Of a DNA stretch of 64,000 bases, positions 54,166 through 64,000 are shown piece by piece (the first letter of the stretch is position 1; the number at the start of each line of letters is the position of its first letter). Below the pieces are notes generated by a model that made no database searches, had not been told where the DNA came from, and worked only from the letters and a program-made list of their open reading frames with translations. The DNA comes from the human T2T-CHM13v2.0 reference genome, Homo sapiens: NCBI RefSeq assembly GCF_009914755.1, contig NC_060929.1; one strand, given 5' to 3'. The position numbers and the translations under genes are program-made.

Positions 54166-57100
54166 ACACATCTGTCTGGATGGATGCTCTGGAAGCTTCT
54201 TTGTAGCAAATTTCCTCATTGAGGCTCAAGCAAGTCCTCAGCTTCTGTTTGCATCTTGTGGACGCAACTCCTTTATCCAGTAAAGACTGACAGCACTCTG
54301 TCACTGCCACTGGGAAAACCCAGCTGACCCTGGCTGGCTTCGGCACGTAGAATCTGTTGGACTTCCGCTCTGTGAACTACATCCAACCTCCTTCCAAAGG
54401 AAGGGTGCTCCCGCCTCTGTCTTGGCCTGAGAAGAAGGTCCAGTCTCTTTCCTTAGCATCTTCGGGCTGGTAGAAACCCTGCAGCTCAAAGAGAGGAGGC
54501 AGCATTCTCAAACAAGCTCCCAGTAAATTCCTGTGGTGGTAATTTGGCAGCAGATCAACTTACTTTTCATTTCAGTAAAAAAAAAGAAAACCAACTGACA
54601 AAGGCAATGGCAGTCTGACCTGTAAGTTTGTTTGTCAAGTCTTTCAATGGGTACAGTTTGTAAAGGATCATGGGGAGATCATGTAACGTAGAGCTAGAGG
54701 GAGCAAAAGAGAGAGACAGAGATGATTGCAGCCATGCACACGGAGCCATCCAAGTCCTGCAGTCTTGCCACTGCAGAGATGATGCCGGGCCAGACTCTGA
54801 CATCTGATGGTGAAAAGACAGAGGGTGCAGGACTGAGAAACACTGTCCAAGGGGGCAAAAAGGCAGAGGGGTGTGGGCCTACCTCCACCTCCCAGACAAC
54901 GCAATGGCCCTGGTATCTTCAAGGCAGCCCACTTATCCCAGCCCTCTCAGCAACAAGGACCAGCCTGTGAGATAAAAGCCCACAAATGCAGAGCCTGGCT
55001 CCCCGACGCCCAGAGGCACCAGCACTGTGAGTGTTTCTGACAAAGCCAGCCTCTCTGGCACTCACTCCTGGCTTGTCCCTAGAGGCCATGCCACCGGCCC
55101 TTTATGTGAGGTGAGACAGGCCCATTCCAGCACAGCCTGAGAGGGTGCATGCACCTTCTCTCTTTCCTTTCACCTGGCCCTAATTAGGAGCTGAGTCCAC
55201 TGTGGCCAATAATGGACATAGAGGAATAGTTTCCCTGGGCCAGGAGGTTGTGCTAGGCATCTGGTGGGCCTGGCAGATGCAGGCGCCCTCACAATGCCCC
55301 ATGTCAGACCATTCAGGCCCAGAAGGCAGCCTGGGTGATTAATGAGGTGTGCACCTCCCCCCTGAGCACACTGCAGCTCCATTTGGTGCACCTCATTAGG
55401 TCTGCTTTGGGGTGGCCATTAGCACACAAGCATGGGCGTGCTGGGGTCACTGGGATGACAGGCAGAAAGCAAACAAGACCCAACACCCAGGTGCACTAAA
55501 GAGGCTGACCACATGGGGGCTGTGGGGCCTGGACATCTGTTTGGTATCAAGGTTAAGAGGTAACATTTGCAAAACTAAGAAGCAGGCAGCCTTTGTTTTT
55601 GTACTTAAAAAGTAAAATAAAATCATTCATACTTTACATTTCATCCAAACTTCCACTTCTAAAGTTTTGCATTTTAAGAGATAAATCTAATTAGGAGGAC
55701 CAGACACTAATTTCCAAGGGGCAGTTCCCACTGTGGCATTTTGGGGCTGTAGTGGGTTCCAACAAGGCCCCAGCTCTCAGGGGCTTCGAGACTCTGGCTT
55801 CCCCCAAGCTATCTCTCAGTTCCCTCTTTCTGCTTAACCTACTTGCCTGCTCGGAGGATCTAGAAAGCATTTTGACCTTGGACAGCAGAGCACCAGGGCC
55901 ACTTGCAGAGTCACCTGTGTGATGTTTCTGGGTTCTGCCTTGTCCATCTGTGAAAAGCAGATAACGATGCTTCCTACCTACTTGCCGGCAGGCATGGTGA
56001 GTGGGTTAATGAGCTGCTTGTCCAGCTCACAGGAGTGCCCATGTAACACACTGCTCCCAGGCTCTGGGTGCAAAAGCTTTCTTTCGTTAGAAAAACCTGC
56101 TGAGGTCTCTATGCAGGGAGAGATTCCATCCGACTCATGTTTTCTGGTCTTGAAAAAAATCACAGGTTTTTAAAAAATATCTCCTGGTTTTGCAGAGTTT
56201 TTTCATTCCATTACAATTTGTGACAGACATTGCAAAGACATCTCCTATTAATTATATTTTTTAACAAACAAACCTCCCTGATTTTATTAGTCACCAGCCA
56301 AGTGTGCATTTTTCACTGTTGCTATCAATAGCCCCTCACCATGTTCTCATTGTTTTATACAAAAGCAGAGTTTGCTTCAGTATTAATATTGACAAAGAAA
56401 GGGTTTTTTCTTCTATTTCATCTCCTTTGCATGAAAACATTTATGTAAATGTATGGCTCAACTGTAAGCAATTGAGGTTACCAACTTAAATTCCACAGCC
56501 CAGACCTGAGCTTCTTTAAACACCAGATCTTCTCAGATCCCACCATGGCTTATGTGATCACAATCCCAGCAGGCACAAGGGGCAGTATTGGCTTCTGCTC
56601 CTCCCAAGATTCTAGGAGCCTGAGACATGCAAACGTGGACAGAGTCCCTCTGTACATCCTGCAAGCAGTTTGCTTTGTGCCAAAGGAGGCATCCAATATA
56701 CTGTTAGTAGGTAGGCTGGCTCCGGGTCAGCACATCTAAGAGACAGGGGAGACCGCACGGTGGGTCCATAGCCTGCTCTTGGGGAGAGGCCAGCAGCATT
56801 CATTGCGGTGAACAGGAGCTCCAGGGAGATCCTTGAGTCCTCACAACTTTCAGGAGAAGCTGACATTGTGTCAGAACCCATTTGTGCCATTTGGGTTGAG
56901 TTTGGGCCATAGTAAACTCCAAGCTCGTTGACAGCAGGAGAAGGGGCATTTTGTATATAGTGATTCAAAATTGGCAAAACAATAAGGAAATTAAATTCAG
57001 GTAAAGTTTGATTGTACTTCATTTGCACTTCAGAGGAGGTTCACAGAGTTTCTCCCCATATGCCTCTCCTGCTGTCTACAGTGGCCTGTCAGGAGGCTAT

Positions 57101-57176
57101 TGCTGGAAACAGATAAAAGAACAAACCCTTATATCGAGGGAGCTCTCCTAACATCTCAACTCAGGAGAGGGGTAAA

Positions 57177-57346
57177 GTGAAAATGGGCTAGTACAGACTT
57201 TATCCCAATTATCACAGCTCCAGAGCAGCTCATGTGTCTGCCAGGATCACCTCAGGTATGAGGACAGTGGAGATGAGGCACTCATCCCCTTCCCTTGCCA
57301 AAGATGGGACTGGGTCTTGTCTCAGCTCAGAAGAGAGAGCAGAGGT
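57177..57346 (+). repeat. Dispersed duplicate of 53556-53722
   Basis: Shared TACAGACTTTATCCCAATTATCACAGCTC and GAGATGAGGCACTCATCCCCTTCCCTTGCCAAAGATGGGACTGGGTCT. Confidence 0.93.
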
Positions 57347-57479
57347 AAAATATGCCAGAAGGTAAGATATGCCAGGAGCCACCAACTCATAAAGTACAAC
57401 CAGGATTTCTTCCTCCTTCCCAAGTCTGAATGGTGACCTTAATTTTTGTTTTGGTTTGGCTTTTTTTTTTTAACCTTTT

Positions 57480-57870
57480 GTGTTAGATTGCTTTCAAAAA
57501 TAGCAGTCATTATTTCCTTCTATGTATGCATCCCCCTTTTGCAATATGATTTTTCAACTTCGTTCCTCAAGACGTAGAATTTATTTCCCACCCTTTGAAC
57601 CTGGACTGCCCTTATGTGACTTACTTTGGCCAATGCAGTGTGGCAGAAGTGATGGGTGCCAGTCCAAGCCTAGTACCATATTCCCTTGGGTCCTTGCCGA
57701 GACACTGTATAGGAGCCTGCAGTCACCTGGTAGAGTATGAGGTCGTGTCACGTCAGGTGAGGCCATCCCAGACTGGGCAGTTCCCAGTCAATCCACATGG
57801 GTGATCCCAGTCAAGATCAGCCAAGCCCAGCCCAGACCAGAGGAACTGCCTCGAGAGGCCAGGTGAACTG
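57480..57870 (+). mobile_element. MLT1-type LTR fragment, followed by MIR-like sequence
   Basis: ATTTCCCACCCTTTGAACCTGGACTG...GTGACTTACTTTGGCCAATG...GTGGCAGAAGTGATG. Confidence 0.65.
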
Positions 57871-58815
57871 ACTAAGGTGCCCATGTAGTAGGTGACATGA
57901 GCAGGCATTTGAACTCAAGCTACCCTGATTCCACAGCCTAAAGTCTCTCCAGGCACTCCACATTTTAGAAACCTGGACCTTGATTCCGCCAACTAGAAGG
58001 GGAACTAGAGCTTGTACTAGATTCCAAAGACAGTTATGTTTCTGAGCCATCTTAGTTGCTGGAAATTCAAATAAAGATGCTGGCTAGGGAACCCTTTTTT
58101 GAATATTTGTCTTCAGATCACACTCTTTCTGTCTCTGTCTCTCTCTCTCTCTCTCAGTCTATTAATGATATATTGGTTTGTGAATTATTTCAGTCCTGAT
58201 GAGATCACATTATTTATATTTCCACTGCCAAAGCGATTTCCCAGATTATGTGGGGGCAACGGTAGCTTCAGATGGGGCAACAAAGTTGTGACCTCCTGTT
58301 TTACAGAAAATATAGCTTAGTGATTATTTCAGCAAAAGTAGAAATTTTCACCTTGGTAAATTAAAACTAGAAGAAGTTAGTGGATTTCTCTGCGGAGAGG
58401 GTTTTTGGGACCCAAGAGTTCTTCTTCCAAGATCACACGTGCAATGTCTGTGGTGTGCTGAGAGCCTGGGCCCCTCTCTCTGTTCTCCGGGATTTCCCCA
58501 TTCTCTATAGGCAAGACTTTCATGGAGCTACAACCCTGGGGGTCTCCAGAGCAGGACAGCTTGCTTGTGCTGGGGTGTCCCTGCCAAATGTGACCCCCAC
58601 TGGGTCTCTTCTGAGCTGAAATCATCTGAAATGGCTCCAGCACACACGGATAGGGAAGGATGTTATGACATTGGATGGAGTCCAGAGAAGCACAAGCAGG
58701 TTGGAAACACAGTCCTGCCAGAGGCTCCACAATGGAGCTTTGACTGGGATAGTAAAATTAAACATCCACCAAACTCTGAACAGTTCAGAAAACACGTTCT
58801 CAAAAAAGTTCTGTG

Positions 58816-59118
58816 TGGTAGGGTGCAGTGGTTCATGCCTGTAATCCCAGCACTTGGGGAGGCCAAATAGGGTGGATTGCTTGAGCCCAGAAGTTCAAGA
58901 CCAGTGTGAGCAATATGGCAAAACCCCATCTCTACAAAAAAAAAAAAACCACAGAAATTAGCCAGGACTGGTGGTGCACACCTATAGTCCCAGCTACTAG
59001 GGAGGCTGACGTGGGAGGATGGTTTGAGCCTGCAAGGTTGAGGCTGCAGTGAGCAGTGACTGGCACTGCCTTCCATCCTGGGTGACAACAAGACCCTGTC
59101 TCAGAAAAAAAAAAAAAA
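58816..59118 (+). mobile_element. AluJ-like SINE
   Basis: GCTTGAGCCCAGAAG and GAGGCTGCAGTGAGC (J-type diagnostics); TSD AAAAAAGTTCT. Confidence 0.92.
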
Positions 59119-59712
59119 GTTCTTTTTGATTCTCCAGGCAACCCTAAATACTGGTGTGATTAAAATTACTCCCCTTTTACAGAAAAGGAAGCTGCATCTT
59201 AAGCAGCTCAAGCAACTTTCTCATAGCAAGAAGGGAGCAGAACCTGGGCCTATACTTCCTCTGCCTGCAAATACACCATCTGTTCTCATTTTCCATTGAG
59301 CTCATTTTCTTTTGGCACATTCTAGAATCAAACTGCCCCAAGACAAAAAGTAAAGAATGATCAGTGTTCTGAATACCAGGAGGACAGCCCACCAGCAGAA
59401 GTTGAGGAAGAAAGATGTTGGCAGGGGGTGGACACACAATGATTGAGAAATGGTAGAGGGCTCCTGAATTGAAACACTGGATGGCTGAAAGCCTCTTTTC
59501 CAGCGGCCCAGTAACATGCTACATTTGGCAAAGTCCCTTGGTAAGACAAAGCTGCTTTCATTCATCAATAGGGCCACAGGAATCTTAACAGCACTGCTCC
59601 TGCAGCTGGCTGCTTGTTCCCTACACCACCCGGCATCCACTTGCCATCAGGAGTTTCAAAGCATCAGCTCTCTCTGCTGCATTCTTCACTATTTAATAAA
59701 ATAGCGTCTTCC

Positions 59713-60160
59713 TGTGGAATCAACCCAAATGCCCATCAATGATAGACTGGATAAAGAAAATGTGGTACAGATACACCATGGAATACTACGTAGCCATAAA
59801 AAGGAAAGAGATCATGTCCTTTGCAGGGACATGGATGGAGCTGGAAGCTATTATCCTCAGCAAACTAATGCAGGAACAGAAAACCAAACACTGAAGGTTC
59901 TCACTTATAAGAGGGAGCTGAACAGTGAGAACACATGGACACAGGAAGGGGAATAACACACAATGGGGCCTGTCAGGGGGTGAGGGGGTGGGAGAGCATC
60001 AGGATAAATAGCTAATACATGTGGGGCTTAACATCTTGGTGATAGATTGATAGGTGCAGCAAACCACCATGGCACACATTTACCTATGTAACAAACCTGC
60101 ACATCCTGCACATGTATCCCAGAACTTAAAATAAAAATAAATAAATAAATAAATAAATAA
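59713..60160 (+). mobile_element. L1PA (L1PA8-13-like) 3' end
   Basis: 3' UTR with (AAAT)n tail; diverged TSD AAAATAGCGTCTTC / AAAATAACACCTTC. Confidence 0.9.
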
Positions 60161-60377
60161 AATAACACCTTCATAAGACCTTTCTTTCAGCTTTCAAGCT
60201 AAATAGCAGGGGAAATGTAGTCACAGAATAATTAAAAATAATAATTTTGTCATTTCTCACGAGAATTGATCTTAGAAAGATTTGACATATTTCTGTAAGG
60301 TCTCGTCAGTGTTTGGGCCAGCAGCTGCCAGCTGGAGAAACATGCAGCCATTTCACTCTGTGATGACAATTACTTCA

Positions 60378-60538
60378 TTTTCTGAATGTTCCAGGCTGTC
60401 ACACACCCTTTGTACCAGGACTCTGAGAGCACTCCACCTCTGCTGCCAGTGAAGGGAGTTTTCTGAATGTTCCAGGCTATCACACGCCCTTTATACCAAG
60501 ACTCCAAGAGCACTCCACCTCTGCTGTCAGTTAAGGGA
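60378..60538. repeat. Two-copy tandem duplication, 81-bp unit
   Basis: TTTTCTGAATGTTCCAGGCT at 60378 and 60459. Confidence 0.93.
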
Positions 60539-61899
60539 TATGGATCCCTGGAATCTTCCTATTCCACCCGATTACTATGATCCAAAGGAATTGAATATCA
60601 GGAGTCCTGACTTCCCCTTGCCAGGAGCCGGTTCCTGAGTCACAAAGCTCTGCAGTCCTTCCAACACACACTGCATCTAGGAAGGATACTCCCTGGACCT
60701 GCACCTGTTTGCACCTGGGTCTTTGAACTCTTCCTCTGTAGAGAAAATTAACTGCCTCAAAGACTACCATGGCTACCTGACACAGCCATTCTATTACTGC
60801 AATCATGAATCCTCAGAAGGGTTTACATGCCTGCCTGCAGCATGATAGTATTTATAAGCCTAACACCTCTTTGCCCTAAAGTACAATTGAAACCTCTTAC
60901 TCCAAGATGTCTTGAGTGTATGGTGTTTTGAGTATCGTTATTCTAAATCCTCATACTGTTCTTGAAGAAATATCTCGTGAAGTAGACCATTTGTGTTTAG
61001 GTTCCTATTGCCTGCTAATGCAGACCCACTAACCTTATGGTAGTTAGCAGAGGTTCTGTTTGGTTCCATCCCACCTCATATTCATGTTCCCTTCTCCCAT
61101 GGGTCCTGAATGCTTTTAAGATATGTGTTGTTTCCAATAGCGTCAATGGTCCTCATCAGCTTGGAGGCTGGCTTGGTCAGCATCCCAGAGTGGGACAATA
61201 TGGATTCACTCCCACGCCACTCTTGAGTGACTTGAAAACTCACACCATCCTGCCCTCTCAGGCTCGAGCACCATGAGCACAAGGACAGAGCCTGCTCACC
61301 TTCTTCTAGCCTCACCTTGTACTGTGCCTAGCTCAGAGTGCTTTCCAAGACATTTTCTGAATTGTCAGAACATTCAGACATTTTTGAAACCTGGAACATT
61401 ATTGGAAATACTAAGGCCTCAAGAGACCTCTACAGAGACCAGTAAGATGTTCGTGCAGAGGATGTGCAGAGGGGACATGGGAGGACAGGGACACCATGCT
61501 CCTCTACACAGCAGGTCTTGTTGCTGCTGACTGACATGTCCTGGGAGCACATGGTCCTGCTCTAGGGGAGGCAAGAAGCGGTGTGGGCACACACAAAGGT
61601 GGAAGCTCTCAGATCTGTGCCTTCAAAAACAGAAATCTTACCATTCTACAGTTCAGACTATCTGGACTTTGCAGGCACACGATGACTTTGGGGACTCAGC
61701 CATTGCAGCTGCATGCCAGAGAGGCAGGTAGAACAACATGGTGGACAAATAAAGCTCAGAGGCAGAAGAACTCAGCAAAAGCTAAAGATCTTAAATATTT
61801 TTTCCTAGAATCTGGATACTTATATTCTCCCAAAATGACTACGTTGAGACATAACCCCCGCAACATGATGGTCTTCAGAGGCAGGGCCTTTGAGAGGCA

Positions 61900-62948
61900 T
61901 CTGATTCCCTTCAGGCTGCAATAACAAAGTATCAAATGAAAAATACCAAATGGTTTATTAACAACACAGACTTATTTCTCACATTTCTGGAGGCTGAGAA
62001 GTCTGAAGTCAAAGTTCCAGAAGACAGGCTGTGAAGAAAAGGTAGTGCTTACACCCTGCTGGTGGGAGTCTAAATTAGTTCGGCAATGTGGAAGACAATG
62101 TGGTCATTCCTCAAAGAGCTAAAAACTGAACTATCATTCAACCCAGCAATCCCGTTACTGGATATATACCCAAAGGAATACAAATCATTCTTCCATAAAG
62201 ACACACGCACCCATATGTTCATTGCAATACTATTCACAATAGCAAAGACATGAAATCAACCTAAAGACCCATCAAGGGTAGACTGAGTAAAGAAAATATG
62301 GTACATATAGACCATGGAATACTATGCAGCTATCAAAAACAGTGAGATCATGTCCTTTGCAGGAACATGGAAACAGCCGGAGGATATTATCCTAAGTGAA
62401 TTAATACAGGAACAGAAAACCAAATGCCACATGTTCTTACTTAGAAGTGAGAGCTAAATATTGAGTACGCATGAACACAAAGAGGGGAACAACAGACACC
62501 GGGGCGTACTTGAGGGTGGAGGGTGGGAGGAAGGTGAGGATTGAAAAACTACCTATTGGGCACTAAGCTTATTACCTAGGTGATTAAATAATCTGTACAC
62601 CAAACCCCTGTGATACGTAATTTATTTATGGGACCAACCTGCACACATGTTCCTGAAACTAAAAATTAGAAAAAAGAACAAAAAAAAGTGCCAGAAGATT
62701 TGGTATCTGAGGAGGTCCTGCTTTCTGATTTTAAGTTGGCACCCTGTATCCTCACATGGTCGAAGAGCTGAGGGAGTTTACTGTTTACTGGGGTCCTCTT
62801 TCATAAGGGCACTAATCCCATCCATGTGGCTCCACCTTCCTGACCCAATCACCTCCCAAAGGCTCCACCTCCTAATACCATCACCATGGGGGTGAGGATT
62901 TTGACACAGGAGCTTCAGTGGTTAAACACAAATATGCAGTCTACAACA
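61900..62948 (-). mobile_element. MLT1A/MST-like LTR interrupted by L1
   Basis: TTATTTCTCACATTTCTGGAGGCTG and GGGCACTAATCCCATCCATG...AATCACCTCCCAAAGGC. Confidence 0.8.
62025..62684 (+). mobile_element. L1PA15/16-like 3' end
   Basis: 3' L1 sequence; TSD AAAGTKCCAGAAGA at 62011-62024 and 62685-62698. Confidence 0.92.
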
Positions 62949-62949
62949 G

Positions 62950-63590
62950 CAGGTGACTAGGAAGCCGGGGGAGAGGAACGCCGCAGAGCAAGCCTTAATC
63001 TTAGAAAATACGTAAGTCATCCCAAAGGTTGGTGGAGACATGGATGGTAAAGGCCATCCTGCTGCAGTCTCAGACCAAAATGAGAAACATGCCACTGGAA
63101 AATGGAGAGCAAGCAACCACAGCCCTTGCTATGAAACAGCAAAGAACTAGTCCAAACTGAATTTAAATTTTAGTGTTTTGTCAAGGTAGGACTTGCAAGC
63201 GATGAATTGGATATTGAATTGAAGCTGCTTCTAAGCAAAGGGATGAAGGTAGGCTTGGCTTCTCTTGACTGCCTACAGTAAAGTGGAGAAGAGAGAAACA
63301 ACTTAAAGACAGAACTATTCATTGAAAAGAAGGCAGGACTTAAGGATTTGGGAAGTTCTTAGCCTATTCGTATTGAGGAGAATGAGAAAACATGTTTAGA
63401 AGAGAATGCAAAGGGTGTGGCTAAGAGGCCATTTGATACTGAGATTAGTAGGATCATCCATCCCAACAGAAGCCAGGAGCTTTTCTCCAGGAGGGTGGAA
63501 GGATGATCCTGAAGGCCACTTGGAGATCATCAGGGCTGCTCCTCCCATCACAGGCTGAGTGCAAAGGCTAGGGGTGGGGTTGTAGCAGTT
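62950..63590 (+). mobile_element. MaLR internal sequence (MLT1/MST-int-like)
   Basis: GTCTCAGACCAAAATGAGAAAC...CTTGCTATGAAACAGCAAAGAAC...TCTAAGCAAAG typical of MaLR-int. Confidence 0.6.
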
Positions 63591-63602
63591 TCAAAATGGT
63601 AG

Positions 63603-64000
63603 TCACTGGTATCCGTGGAAGCACCACATGTACTGGCCCACCGTCATCTCTCATGGTGGGCTCTGCTCCCTGAGAGCATGGGGACCCGCACTGTGGCTCT
63701 GGCAGGAGCAACACAGGCTTCAGTGGGTGTAGGTGAAGCAGTGTCATTGTCTTGGGTAACAACCAAGGATCCTTGCCTCATGCCAAGGAAATCAAGGACA
63801 TGGAAACACATGGAGTGAGGTTAAAAGCGGAGGTTTAATAGGCAAAAGAAAGAGAACAGCTCTCTCTCCTGCAAGAGAAAGGGGCTCCTGAGTGGGACTT
63901 CTGGCCCTGGAGTGGACAGGGCTTTATAGACAGGCTTGAGGAGGTGGTGTCGGATTTACATCGGGCCCAAAGATTGGTTGGACCAGGTGTGACATTTCCA
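63603..64000 (-). mobile_element. ERV1-class LTR (family uncertain), runs off window end
   Basis: CCAAGGAAATCAAGGACATGG...GGAGGTTTAATAGGCAAAAGAAAGAG...GATTGGTTGGACCAGGTG; start approximate. Confidence 0.55.

Overview
This is primate (human-like) non-coding genomic DNA, either intergenic or deep intronic. I recognise no host protein-coding gene, rRNA, tRNA or CRISPR. Almost all listed ORFs are chance ORFs or come from Alu, L1 or VNTR sequence. The only real protein homology is decayed retroelement sequence: an LTR-less ERV-L pro-pol-dUTPase fragment (3.3-6.2 kb, minus strand) and L1 ORF2 remnants. Much of the window is interspersed repeat: nine Alus, a 6.6-kb L1MA-type element with nested insertions, several L1PA 3' ends, MaLR/ERV LTRs (THE1, MST, MLT1, MER21, MER41, LTR16/33-like), DNA transposons (MADE1, MER6B, MER5, MER58), MIR/L2, and two VNTRs (about 61-bp and 29-bp units). 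Subfamily names are recalled from consensus sequences and need RepeatMasker/Dfam confirmation. The most unusual signal is three short, non-tandem, locally templated copies. In one, an Alu right arm plus its 3' TSD and unique flank was copied 15 kb into another Alu. In the other two, adjacent ~170-200-bp segments beside a THE1 LTR recur 1.7 kb upstream and 3.6 kb downstream. There are also many two-copy tandem duplications. I found no evidence of a new coding system, and the regulatory candidates are motif-level inferences only.
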